NCBI GenBank assembly: GCA_049970055.1
Contig: JBMFNR010000001.1
Coordinates: 231,200 to 295,199 of the forward strand
DNA: 64,000 bases
Source: Fervidobacterium sp.
Lineage (GTDB): Bacteria > Thermotogota > Thermotogae > Thermotogales > Fervidobacteriaceae
Direction of reading: 5' to 3'
The notes under the pieces were generated by a model. That model made no database searches. It was not told the DNA's origin and was given only the letters and a program-made list of their open reading frames with translations. Below are positions 29,177-38,884 of this stretch, in pieces (within the stretch, counting starts at the first letter, position 1; each line of letters starts with the position of its first letter). A program made the position numbers and the translations under genes.

Positions 29177-30112
29177 TTAATGTCGGAAAACTCTTATTGG
29201 AGATTTATAGAAAGTTATTCCTTTTTTCTTAGCAAATTCTAGCACTTCTTGGTCTCTTATCGAGCCCAGCGGTGCTACAACACAATTGACACCCGCATTT
29301 ATCAAAATTTCCAGACCATCTGTGAATGGAAAGAACGCGTCGGACGCAGCTATTGAATTTTTTGCTTTTTGACCGGCAAGAGTTGTTGCTATCCAGCATG
29401 ATCTTTTTCTTGATGGCTGGCCTCCGCCAATTCCGACCGTAACTCCGTCTTTGACTAAAACGATCGCATTTGACTTAACTGCCTCAGTAACAATAAGAGA
29501 GAATTTTACATCATTAACATTGTAAGGTTCACCAAATAAAAGTTCAGGCTCACCTTCAAATTTTCTTTCGGAAATTACAAGGCCACCAAATGCAATTTTT
29601 CCAACAAGCTTTTTGTACTCCTTTGGCTTGATTAACCTAATTTTCTTTTTTGATAAATATTCGATAGCTTCTTTATCAAAATTCGGGGCAACGATAACTT
29701 CTAAGTATGTTTTTAAAAATTTCGCCATTTCAATGGTGAATTCAAAACTGGTCGCAAGTATACCGCCGTACGCCGATTCGCTATCTGATTCTAATGCATT
29801 TGTTATGCATCTCATTTTTTCTTCTAAACTGTCGTTTTTCAAGTAAGCTGCACCACATGGGGTTTGGTGTTTGATTACACAAGCACCTCCGCCAACTAAT
29901 TGGAGGTTTTGGGCAAGAACCCATGCAGCCTCTGCATCTAAGATATTGTTAAATGAAAGCTGTTTACCTTCGTGAAGTAGTTCAAAGGCAAGATCTCCGT
30001 ATACGCAAGCATTCTCATGTGAGTTTTCGCCATAACGCAATTCGAAAGGATTTTTTAAAAGTTCGACTTTTTCCATCTGCACATCAATAGTCTTTAAGTT
30101 ATCTCTCATCAC
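29177..30112 (-). CDS. purH: AICAR transformylase-only PurH (no N-terminal IMP cyclohydrolase domain)
   Basis: LRYGEN near residue 25, LSFNNILD, IKHQTPCG, SAYGG, KSNAIV, ASDAFFPF, C-terminal FRH; only 311 aa. Confidence 0.88.
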   Translation of the reverse strand: MMRDNLKTIDVQMEKVELLKNPFELRYGENSHENACVYGDLAFELLHEGKQLSFNNILDAEAAWVLAQNLQLVGGGACVIKHQTPCGAAYLKNDSLEEKMRCITNALESDSESAYGGILATSFEFTIEMAKFLKTYLEVIVAPNFDKEAIEYLSKKKIRLIKPKEYKKLVGKIAFGGLVISERKFEGEPELLFGEPYNVNDVKFSLIVTEAVKSNAIVLVKDGVTVGIGGGQPSRKRSCWIATTLAGQKAKNSIAASDAFFPFTDGLEILINAGVNCVVAPLGSIRDQEVLEFAKKKGITFYKSPIRVFRH

Positions 30113-30721
30113 TTATCCCCCCACGAACTCTACTTTTCTGCCCTTTATCTTGAATGGTGTATGCAGCAATTTATCGATAATCTGCCAATAGTACTCGTGT
30201 TCAAGTTTGTGGATATGCTCCTCGAGTTCCTCCAAGTTCCAATTATCTTGAACATCTAATGCCTTTTGAAAAATTATAGGCCCAGTATCAACTCCTGCAT
30301 CAACAAAGTGAATAGTTATTCCGGTTACCTTAACACCGTAATTGTAAACTTGTTTTATTGCATCTTTCCCAGGGAATGAGGGTAAAAGCGATGGGTGGAT
30401 GTTTACAATCTTTGGAAAATATTTATCTACCAGCCTTTGAGGGATTATTCTCATAAATCCTGCAAGTACAATGAGATCTGGGTTTATATCATCAATCACG
30501 CGCTCGAAATAGGCATCCCAAGGTTTTTCAAGTTTAACGACCGGTATACTGAATTTATAAGCACGATTAATTGCATAACATGTTCTGTCAACAATAAGAG
30601 CGGATATCTTCGCTTTTAGCTTTCCCTCATTGCAAGATTGTGCGAGTTTTTCAAAGTTGCTACCGCTACCAGACGCACATACAACTATTTTGGGTAATCC
30701 AGATTGAAGCACCCCATGCAT
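30113..30721 (-). CDS. purN: GAR transformylase
   Basis: ASGSGSN, LAGFMRI, NIHPSLLPSFPG, HFVDAGVDTGPII. Confidence 0.96.
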   Translation of the reverse strand: MHGVLQSGLPKIVVCASGSGSNFEKLAQSCNEGKLKAKISALIVDRTCYAINRAYKFSIPVVKLEKPWDAYFERVIDDINPDLIVLAGFMRIIPQRLVDKYFPKIVNIHPSLLPSFPGKDAIKQVYNYGVKVTGITIHFVDAGVDTGPIIFQKALDVQDNWNLEELEEHIHKLEHEYYWQIIDKLLHTPFKIKGRKVEFVGG

Positions 30722-31992
30722 ACGCCTTTTACCCCGCTTTCTTCGAAAACAGCTTTGTAATTTTCAATGGACAGATAAAAGAGCACATCTGCTCCGACAT
30801 AATCTTGGAGTTTTTCCAAGTCGTTTTGAGAAGCTATTAACTCACTCCTTCTTGATGTGTCAATCCCATAATTGCAAGGACCCAAAACGGGTGGTGAATG
30901 GATACCAACATATACTTTCTTTGCTCCTGCTTCTTTTATCATATCGACTATTACTTTCATAGTGGTTCCTCTTACAATCGAATCGTCGATAAGAATTACC
31001 TCTTTCTTCTCAACTACCGAAGAAAGTGGGGCTAATTTTCTTCTTACAATATTCTGTCTGTCTTTTGGCATGATGAAGCTTCTACCTATATAATGATTTC
31101 TAATAAGCCCGTAATCTAGTGGTATTTTGGATTTTAGACTGTAACCGAGTGCTCCCGAGAAACCACTGTCAAGAACTGGTACAACAACATCGCCAACTAC
31201 TTTATGCTCTTCGAATAACTTCATTCCAAGCTTTTTTCTTACTTCGTGGACATTCACACCATAGAAGTTACTGTCAGGCCTAGCAAAATAAACAAATTCG
31301 AAAGAACAAAATCTATCTTTTTTCTCTGCGAATCTAACAATCTTTGGTTTTTCATCACTTGTAAAAAATACGATCGTACCTGGTTCAATTTCGACAATAT
31401 CCGTACAGCCAACGGATTTCAAAGCGCAATCTTCCGATGCCACTATGTATCCGTTGGCAAATTTTCCATAAAATAGCGGTCGTATACCATACGAATCACG
31501 TGCGGCAGCAAGAAATGTATCGTGCAAAACAACGAGGGAGTAAGCTGTTTTTATACGTGAAAGCGCCCACTGGAGGGAATCTTTTGGATTACCGTACGGT
31601 GCTGTTGAAAAATAATGAATGAAAATCTCAGAATCTAGTGTTGTTGAAAATACGCTACCATTTTCCATTATGAACTTTCTTTTTTCATCGGCATCAACAA
31701 TATTCCCGTTATGGGCAATTGCAACCGTACCTTTGTAAGTGTGAGCGACGAGGGGTTGGATTTCGTGAATCGATCCGTAAGTTGAGTACCTGACATGTCC
31801 GATTGCACAGTTACCTTCAATGAATCTTTCGTCTGTTAGTACATGTTCGACTAATCCTTCTCCTTTAACTTCTCGAAATCCATTTACAACAATTCCTGCA
31901 GACTGCTGACCACGATGCTGAAGTGCCAGCAATATATCATGAACAACATTGTAGGACGCTTCAATATTCCAAGTACCTGCTACTCCACACAT
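30685..31992 (-). CDS. purF: amidophosphoribosyltransferase
   Basis: MCGV (catalytic Cys), LQHRGQ, GHVRYST, FEFVYFARPDS, DDSIVRGTT. Confidence 0.97.
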   Translation of the reverse strand: MCGVAGTWNIEASYNVVHDILLALQHRGQQSAGIVVNGFREVKGEGLVEHVLTDERFIEGNCAIGHVRYSTYGSIHEIQPLVAHTYKGTVAIAHNGNIVDADEKRKFIMENGSVFSTTLDSEIFIHYFSTAPYGNPKDSLQWALSRIKTAYSLVVLHDTFLAAARDSYGIRPLFYGKFANGYIVASEDCALKSVGCTDIVEIEPGTIVFFTSDEKPKIVRFAEKKDRFCSFEFVYFARPDSNFYGVNVHEVRKKLGMKLFEEHKVVGDVVVPVLDSGFSGALGYSLKSKIPLDYGLIRNHYIGRSFIMPKDRQNIVRRKLAPLSSVVEKKEVILIDDSIVRGTTMKVIVDMIKEAGAKKVYVGIHSPPVLGPCNYGIDTSRRSELIASQNDLEKLQDYVGADVLFYLSIENYKAVFEESGVKGVCMGCFNLDYPK

Positions 31993-32041
31993 ATTGTTTC
32001 CCCCCACGGATGATTTGTTCTCTTTTTTTCTTTTTAAAGTA

Positions 32042-32067
32042 GCAGAGGAACCTCTCGGTCCCTCTGC
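32042..32067 (-). terminator. hairpin after rpoZ (weak terminator)
   Basis: Minus strand GCAGAGGGACC-GAGA-GGTTCCTCTGC followed by TACTTT. Confidence 0.6.
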
Positions 32068-32071
32068 AAGC

Positions 32072-32302
32072 TCACTTTACATTTGGTGCAAGTATTTTCA
32101 GTATATCTTCGTTTTTAATACGCAGGTATCCTTCTTGTAACTCTTTGAATGCTATACTCACTGAATATTCGTCTGGTGTGGTCACAAAAGGTTTGGCAAA
32201 ATCATTTATTGCCTCAGCCCTTTTGGCAACAACAACAGGTATAGCATATTTGTAAGGGATTTTTTGGAGTAATTTATCGTATTGAATGACAAGTTTGCTC
32301 AA
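32072..32302 (-). CDS. rpoZ: RNA polymerase omega subunit
   Basis: KY...VVVAKRA, SIAF.EL; follows gmk. Confidence 0.9.
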   Translation of the reverse strand: MSKLVIQYDKLLQKIPYKYAIPVVVAKRAEAINDFAKPFVTTPDEYSVSIAFKELQEGYLRIKNEDILKILAPNVK

Positions 32303-32319
32303 TCTATGCCACCTCCTTA

Positions 32320-32970
32320 TTATTCTTTACTCTTAATTTCAACAAGCTTTTTAACTTTTGAAAGGTACTTTTGTCTCTCGTATTTTAAACGCTCAGCATG
32401 TATAATTGAAGAAAGATTTCGTATAGACTCCTCAAGGTCTTCGTTTATTATAAGATATTCGAATTCGGGAATATACGCTAATTCCTTTTTGGCTGTTTCA
32501 AGTCTTTTTTGGATCTTTTCCTCAGTTTCCGTACCACGCTTTCTCAGACGTTCACTGAGAACTTCGTAACTCGGTGGTGCAACAAATATGAACTTTGCAT
32601 TATTCCAATTTTTTTTTACCGTTAAAGCTCCTTGGACATCTATATCAAGTATGACATCGTAACCTTCATTTATATTTTCCCACACGAAATCGGCGGGAGT
32701 TCCGTAAAAATTATCGTGTACTTGAGCCCATTCAATAAATTTATTCTCATCAATCATCTTTTTGAACTTTTCGTGACTGATAAAGAAGTAATCGACTCCG
32801 TGTATTTCACCAGGTCTTTGCTTACGTGTCGTACATGATACGGAAAAAACAACACGCTCTACACGTTCCAAAACAGATCGTATTATGCTTGTCTTACCAA
32901 CTCCGCTGGGGCCACTTATCACGAAGAGTATACCTTTCGGATGCTGCAAATGCTCAAACGAGCTATCCAT
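32320..32970 (-). CDS. gmk: guanylate kinase
   Basis: [30 protein letters not shown]. Confidence 0.97.
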   Translation of the reverse strand: MDSSFEHLQHPKGILFVISGPSGVGKTSIIRSVLERVERVVFSVSCTTRKQRPGEIHGVDYFFISHEKFKKMIDENKFIEWAQVHDNFYGTPADFVWENINEGYDVILDIDVQGALTVKKNWNNAKFIFVAPPSYEVLSERLRKRGTETEEKIQKRLETAKKELAYIPEFEYLIINEDLEESIRNLSSIIHAERLKYERQKYLSKVKKLVEIKSKE

Positions 32971-32976
32971 GGTTTA

Positions 32977-33258
32977 TTAACCCTTTCTTATCCTTTCAAG
33001 TTGTTTTTCAATTTCGGCCATGGATTCTATGAATCTTTGAGCAATTGTTTCAGGTTGAATAGCGCTAAGAATAATATGGTTAGAGTCTGTTATAAGGATC
33101 GATCTTGTTTTTCTTCCATAAGTTGCATCTATGAGCTTTCCTTCTTCTTTCGCATCTTCTTTCAATCTTTTAAGTGGTGCACTTTCGGGATTAACAATTG
33201 CGATAACTCTGTCACCTGCAATCACATTTCCAAATCCTATGTTTATTAAGCCAAACAT
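32977..33258 (-). CDS. remA: DUF370/RemA family protein
   Basis: [34 protein letters not shown]. Confidence 0.92.
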   Translation of the reverse strand: MFGLINIGFGNVIAGDRVIAIVNPESAPLKRLKEDAKEEGKLIDATYGRKTRSILITDSNHIILSAIQPETIAQRFIESMAEIEKQLERIRKG

Positions 33259-33300
33259 AAAACACACCTCCCGAATTATGGTGAAATTTTTGTAATACGA

Positions 33301-34176
33301 TTACTCTATGTTCATTATTTGCTCTCTGAATTGAGAAATAACGTATTTACCTTCCAGTGCTAAATTGCTGATAATCAATGACCTGCTTTTTGAAAGTATA
33401 GTGTTGAATTCGCGTTGTATCTCTTGCGACAAAAAGTTAAGCATATCTCCTACAGGCTCATCTTTATCCAAAAGCTCATCAACACGTTGCAGGTGACTTT
33501 CCAAACGTGTTATCTCTTCTCTTATGTCAGCCCTGTCCGCTATTAGAGCAGCTGCATTCTCGAAAAGTTCCTTATTTATTTCCACGTCCTCCGGTAGTAT
33601 CTCACGTATATTCGTTCTGATTCTTTCCGCCACATATTTTGGAACTTCATCTGCTCTTTCCCGAATACTTGATAAAATCGTCTTCATCTTTTCATTCATA
33701 CTGAGTAAGTCTTTTGTTAACTTTTCTCCTTCAATCTTTCTTTCACCTACAACTTTTTTCAGTGCTTCTTCGAGGACCTTCACCACAACATTCCAAGTAG
33801 ATTCTATCTCTTCGGTAGAGAATTCGAATTGGAAAATATCGCGGAAATTCAGCAGATGACTTAACTCAACAGGTACAGGAATACCTAGGTTCTCCCTGAT
33901 TTCCGATAGCATATCGTAGTATGTTTTAACTAGCGAGTAATCTATAGAAAGTTGCACAGGTTTTATGAATTTAACCCAAATTCTAACAGAAACTTTTCCC
34001 CTACTTATATACTCTCTAACTTTTGCTATTGTATCGAGTTCTTTTGAATTCAGAAAGTATGGCAAAGATACATCAACGTTAAATCCCTTTGAATTAAGTG
34101 ATTTAACCTCGCACGTAATTTTGTAATCTTCTAAGATTTTTTGAATTTTTGCGTATCCAGTCATACTTTTTGGCAT
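33301..34176 (-). CDS. yicC: YicC/YloC family endoribonuclease
   Basis: SMTGY, SRGKV, DIREEITRL..H, QE..REFNTI.SK, REQ..NIE. Confidence 0.92.
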   Translation of the reverse strand: MPKSMTGYAKIQKILEDYKITCEVKSLNSKGFNVDVSLPYFLNSKELDTIAKVREYISRGKVSVRIWVKFIKPVQLSIDYSLVKTYYDMLSEIRENLGIPVPVELSHLLNFRDIFQFEFSTEEIESTWNVVVKVLEEALKKVVGERKIEGEKLTKDLLSMNEKMKTILSSIRERADEVPKYVAERIRTNIREILPEDVEINKELFENAAALIADRADIREEITRLESHLQRVDELLDKDEPVGDMLNFLSQEIQREFNTILSKSRSLIISNLALEGKYVISQFREQIMNIE

Positions 34177-34207
34177 ATAATGAGCCTCCTAGGTTTTCCT
34201 TAGTTAT

Positions 34208-34236
34208 ATTATACATGAAATTTCCAAAAATTCCAA
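34208..34236 (-). promoter_or_regulatory. sigma70-type promoter of yicC-remA-gmk-rpoZ
   Basis: Minus strand TTGGAA-17 bp-TATAAT. Confidence 0.6.
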
Positions 34237-34261
34237 GTATTTCACAAAAAATTAAAAATAT

Positions 34262-34284
34262 GTGCGGAAGAAACTCTTCCGCAC
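34262..34284 (-). terminator. intrinsic terminator after transketolase
   Basis: Minus strand GTGCGGAAGA-gtt-TCTTCCGCAC followed by ATATTTTT. Confidence 0.75.
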
Positions 34285-34294
34285 GTTAATACTA

Positions 34295-36178
34295 TTATTT
34301 ACAACTTAATTTATCATATATCGTTTCTGCAATCTTTTCTCCACTGAGATTATAAATTTCGAACAGCAATTTTGAATCACCTGAGACGGGGAACTCAGAT
34401 AGCCCAAATCTTATGAATTTACCTGGTAAAATTCCCAGATCAAAATACTTCTGAGCAATTAAACTTCCAAGCCCGTTAAAAATATTGTGATCTTCAACAG
34501 TTACGACAAAGTTTGAGTATTTTTTCAATATCTCTTCATCCAAATCGTAAGGGCAACTAACATTTATCACTGCGAAGTTTACACCTTTTGATTTTAGAAT
34601 TTCTTGAGCCTTCAGCACATTTGGTACAACGGAACCTAAACAGTAAATTACGCCATCTTCTCCATTCCGCAATATATCCATTTTCCCATACTCGAATTTG
34701 TAATTTTCATCATAAAATAAACTTCCGTCTTCTTTTCTTATAGGTTCAAGTTTACTTCTACCCATTGCAACTACATAATTTCCGTACAGGCTCGCTACGT
34801 ATCTTACCACTCTATCTGTTTGATTAGGATCGGCCGGTACGATTACTTTGAATCCATACCATGCAAGTGGTGCACCAATGTAGTTCAGAGCATGGTGTGT
34901 CTTCCCATCTTCCCCAACATCGATGCCACAGTGCGTTACAACAACTTTCAAGTTCGTATTGTTAATCGCATTTAACCTATGTTGGTTAAATGTTTCATCA
35001 ATTCCGAAAACGCCAAAATCGGCGAAGAATGTTATTATGCCATCGGAAGACATCGCGCCAGCTATTGCAGCTGCGTTATGCTCTTGAACACCTAACTCAA
35101 CGATCCTGTCTGGCCTTTCTTTATCGAGAAAATCGAGTTTTACAGAACCTTTTAAATCGCAGTCCACCGCAACTACGTTATCGTTGATTACCGCAAGGTC
35201 CGCGATAGCTCTTCCAAGTGCGCTTCTATTATCCGCTGGCTTATCGTAAATTCTAACATTACCCGTGTTTATATTAACCTCGTACCATAATTTGATTTTT
35301 TCGTGAGTTTTGATAGGTAGTTTTTTTCTCATTTCGATGTATTTCTCAACATCGTTTTCTATACCAAGCTGTTTTAAAGCATTTTCAAGTTCTTCCTTGT
35401 TTAAAGGCTTTCCATGATAATCTGGCTTATCTTCCATAAAATCTACACCTTTACCCATTATCGTGTGGGCGATTATAGCAGTTGGATGTTGATCTCTTTT
35501 GGCAACTTTCAAAGCTGCAACTATCTGCTCATAATCATGACCGTCGATTTCAATTACCCTCCATCCTGCTGCTTCGAATTCTGACTTTATATCCACGTAC
35601 ATAACATCGTGTGCATGTCCACTTATCTGTATATCGTTGTAATCAACAATGACGGTAAGATTATCTAGATTGTATTTTCTTGCCGTTCTTCTTGCCTCTT
35701 GAACTTGACCTTTTGCACTTTCACCGTCGCTCATGACGACGTAAACATGATAATTTTTCTTTTTGTACTTTGCTGCCAAAGCAAATCCGACACCAGCACT
35801 TAATCCTTGACCAAGGTTACCAGTTGTCCATTCAATTCCTGGAATACCACGCGTTATGTGACCTTCAAATACCGAAGCAGGATGCCTAAAGCCTGAGATA
35901 ACATCATCTCTGTTGACAAACCCATACGCTGCAAGCGTCGAATATACACCAGGTGAGATGTGTCCGTGGCTTACTATAATTCTATCTCTATCCTCATTCC
36001 ACGGATCCTTTGGATCAACGTTAGCAAATGCGTACAAGGTCACCAATATATCTATTGAAGACATCGAACCACCAGGATGACCGGAATTTGCTACGTAAGT
36101 CATTTTCAAAATGTCTCCACGACACTCTTTGGCGATCTTTTGCAGTGTTGCTACATCGACTTTCATAGAATTTTCCAT
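34295..36178 (-). CDS. tkt: transketolase
   Basis: SGHPGGSMS, GNLGQGL, DGE...DYN ThDP motif, GVQEHNA, GEDGKTH. Confidence 0.9.
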   Translation of the reverse strand: MENSMKVDVATLQKIAKECRGDILKMTYVANSGHPGGSMSSIDILVTLYAFANVDPKDPWNEDRDRIIVSHGHISPGVYSTLAAYGFVNRDDVISGFRHPASVFEGHITRGIPGIEWTTGNLGQGLSAGVGFALAAKYKKKNYHVYVVMSDGESAKGQVQEARRTARKYNLDNLTVIVDYNDIQISGHAHDVMYVDIKSEFEAAGWRVIEIDGHDYEQIVAALKVAKRDQHPTAIIAHTIMGKGVDFMEDKPDYHGKPLNKEELENALKQLGIENDVEKYIEMRKKLPIKTHEKIKLWYEVNINTGNVRIYDKPADNRSALGRAIADLAVINDNVVAVDCDLKGSVKLDFLDKERPDRIVELGVQEHNAAAIAGAMSSDGIITFFADFGVFGIDETFNQHRLNAINNTNLKVVVTHCGIDVGEDGKTHHALNYIGAPLAWYGFKVIVPADPNQTDRVVRYVASLYGNYVVAMGRSKLEPIRKEDGSLFYDENYKFEYGKMDILRNGEDGVIYCLGSVVPNVLKAQEILKSKGVNFAVINVSCPYDLDEEILKKYSNFVVTVEDHNIFNGLGSLIAQKYFDLGILPGKFIRFGLSEFPVSGDSKLLFEIYNLSGEKIAETIYDKLSCK

Positions 36179-36241
36179 CTTTCTTCCCTCCATTTGATGA
36201 ACAGCTTTAGTTATTCTAGATTTATCTAAATCTATATGAAT

Positions 36242-37399
36242 TTATTCCAATGCGATCTCGTAAATCTTTCTAATATCTTCTTCCTTTAATTCCATTACGG
36301 TTCCAAATGGTGCATGCTTAATAGCATGTTGAACGAGTTTGTCTATATCTTCTCTTGCTATACCTACCTCCTTTAAAGTGACCGGGGCTCCCATTGATGA
36401 ATACCATTTTTTTAATTCTTCGATTGCTTTCTCCGGTGTGATAGGTTCTTCCAATCCAAAAATATTTTTACCAAATCTGATTAATTTATCAGCAATTTTG
36501 TCTTTCACATACATCATCCAGGCAGGGAATACGATGGCAAGTCCTGCCCCATGGGCAACTTCAGGCTTCAGTGCACTCAGTGAATGTTCAAGCTCGTGTG
36601 AAGACCAATCACCACCATTTGTCCCCATACCAGTTAGTCCATTGAGCGCTAGTGTTGTTGAAAGACAGAAGTTCGCTCTTGCTTCATAATCTTCGGGGTT
36701 ATTAGATATTTTTTGGGTTGTATCCATTAGGGTTCTTATTATGGCTTCATCTATTCTGTCTATTAATGAACTCCCTGATGTGTCAAAATAATATTCCATA
36801 ACATGACTTATCGCATCGATTGCACCGTAGACCACTTGCTCTTTTGGCAAAGAGTACTGGGTTGTTGGATCTACTATAGAAAGTACTGGATATGTATGTT
36901 TTGATCCAAAATAAAACTTTTCACCAGTTTGTTCATTGGTTACTACGGCATTTCCGTTCATCTCTGTACCGGTTGCAGACATTGTTAATATCACGTATAA
37001 AGGTAAAGCTTTTTTTATTGTATACTTTCCGATGAATGCATCCCATATATCACCATCGTAATAAAAACCAGCTGCGACGGCTTTTGCACTATCTACTACA
37101 CTTCCACCGCCGACTGCAAGGATAGCCTGTACTTCTTCTTTTTTAGCTAATTCGATTGCTTCATGGACCTTCGATAGTACAGGATTTGGTCTAACACCTG
37201 AAACTTCAACCTTTTTTATACCATTTTCAGTAATGGATCTTACAACCCTCTCGTACACACCGTTCCTTTTTATTGAACCACTGCCGTAGAGCAGAAGTAT
37301 CTTTTTTATACCATCCTTTTTTAAATATTCACCTATCTTTTCGACCGTATTTTTACCAAAAACGAGTTTTGTCGGGTTATGGAAAACAAAGTTCTCCAT
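36242..37399 (-). CDS. iron-containing alcohol/butanol dehydrogenase (YqhD/Bdh-like)
   Basis: NPTKLVFG, VGGGSVVD, ATGTEMN, DAISH..E, H.LEH, HGAGLA. Confidence 0.93.
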   Translation of the reverse strand: MENFVFHNPTKLVFGKNTVEKIGEYLKKDGIKKILLLYGSGSIKRNGVYERVVRSITENGIKKVEVSGVRPNPVLSKVHEAIELAKKEEVQAILAVGGGSVVDSAKAVAAGFYYDGDIWDAFIGKYTIKKALPLYVILTMSATGTEMNGNAVVTNEQTGEKFYFGSKHTYPVLSIVDPTTQYSLPKEQVVYGAIDAISHVMEYYFDTSGSSLIDRIDEAIIRTLMDTTQKISNNPEDYEARANFCLSTTLALNGLTGMGTNGGDWSSHELEHSLSALKPEVAHGAGLAIVFPAWMMYVKDKIADKLIRFGKNIFGLEEPITPEKAIEELKKWYSSMGAPVTLKEVGIAREDIDKLVQHAIKHAPFGTVMELKEEDIRKIYEIALE

Positions 37400-37534
37400 G
37401 AAACTCACCTCCAAAGTATAAAAAGTTTGAAAATTCAAAGGGTTTGTAAGTTAACCAACTCATATTATACCACATGCTATGTTCGAATTCTATGTTAAAA
37501 GAATTGGTATATAATATAACTCGGAGGTGAATTC

Positions 37535-38827
37535 ATGATAAGCAGATTTGGAACTTTTATCATCTTTATAACGATTCTGATAATTGTTCAAGGTTTTAGT
37601 ATCACAATCCAACAGTACATAGCAAACTCTGGTGTTCCATCCTACAGTGTGGTAAGCGAAAGTAAGAGTATCTTTGACGGGAATATATTCATATTAGACT
37701 TGAAAAGCCAAGTGTGGAGAGGGATAGAATGGAATCATAAAGTTGCGGTATATATTCCTAAGAGATTGCTTTACAAGTCCCATGCGATTTTGTTTGTTAC
37801 AGGTTCTGCACCAAAAAGTCTTGCTGATAATTTAAATCAGTACATAAATTTTGCAGAACTAACAGGCGCACCATTTGTAATTCTTTGGGATGTGCCAAAT
37901 CAACCACTTTTCGGCTTAAAAGAGGATGCGCTTATAGCGTATACACTGGCAAAGTACTTTGAAAGTGGTGAAGAAGATTGGCCCATCTTATTGCCGATGG
38001 TAAAGAGCGTTGTTTCCACGATGGATTGTGTACAAGACCTTCTCAGAAAATTTGGTGTCGATGTTAAGAAGTTTTTCGTAACGGGTGCTTCAAAAAGAGG
38101 CTGGACCACGTACTTGGTTGGAGCAGTTGATAAAAGAGCTTTTGCTATAGCTCCTATTGTTTACGACAATTTAAACATGAGAGAACAGATGAAAAAACAA
38201 TTACAATATTATGGGAATTTTAGTGAGCAGATTAAAGATTACACTAAGTACGGCTTTACGGAGATGGTTGCATTTTCGCACGAAGTACCCGGGATAGTCA
38301 AAATAATTGACCCTTATTATTACGAGATTGAAAGTCCTAAACTCATAATAGCTGCGACAAATGATCCGTACTGGGTTGTAGATTCTTCTGAATTGTATTT
38401 TTACGATTTGAAAGATCCAAAATACGTACGGTTCATTCCGAACGAAGGACATAATATATCTAATGTATGGGAAGTATTGAATGCTATAAGGATTTTCTTC
38501 TGGCTTTCCATAAACGAAAAATTCCCCGACTTTACCTGGGAAATTAATGAAAATGGAATAGAAGTGATAACAAAAGAAGAGGTTGATTACGCAAAAGGTT
38601 GGTACGCGCTTTCGGATAACTTAGATTTTAGGAAATCTCCATGGAAGAGCTTAAACCTGGATATATTAAACCGAGATGGTAAGAATGTAGCTCATTTCTA
38701 CAAATCCCACATAGATAATACAAACAAAAATATTGCGATGATGGTGGAAATCGGACTTGTTGTAGATGGCTATAAAATAACACTAACAACTATTCCAAAA
38801 GTTTATAAAAATAGCAATGTGAAATAA
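37535..38827 (+). CDS. exported PqaA-family alpha/beta hydrolase
   Basis: Signal peptide, EDALIAYT, PMVKS, GASKRGWTT, NDPYW, PNEGH. Confidence 0.88.
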   Translation: MISRFGTFIIFITILIIVQGFSITIQQYIANSGVPSYSVVSESKSIFDGNIFILDLKSQVWRGIEWNHKVAVYIPKRLLYKSHAILFVTGSAPKSLADNLNQYINFAELTGAPFVILWDVPNQPLFGLKEDALIAYTLAKYFESGEEDWPILLPMVKSVVSTMDCVQDLLRKFGVDVKKFFVTGASKRGWTTYLVGAVDKRAFAIAPIVYDNLNMREQMKKQLQYYGNFSEQIKDYTKYGFTEMVAFSHEVPGIVKIIDPYYYEIESPKLIIAATNDPYWVVDSSELYFYDLKDPKYVRFIPNEGHNISNVWEVLNAIRIFFWLSINEKFPDFTWEINENGIEVITKEEVDYAKGWYALSDNLDFRKSPWKSLNLDILNRDGKNVAHFYKSHIDNTNKNIAMMVEIGLVVDGYKITLTTIPKVYKNSNVK

Positions 38828-38829
38828 AA

Positions 38830-38852
38830 AAGGTCACCTTAAAGGTGACCTT
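38830..38852. terminator. terminator hairpin between the convergent pqaA-like and amylase genes
   Basis: AAGGTCACCT-taa-AGGTGACCTT, with a T-run on the minus strand. Confidence 0.75.
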
Positions 38853-38884
38853 CGGTGAATTTCTTTTAAAATAAGCAATCAGAT

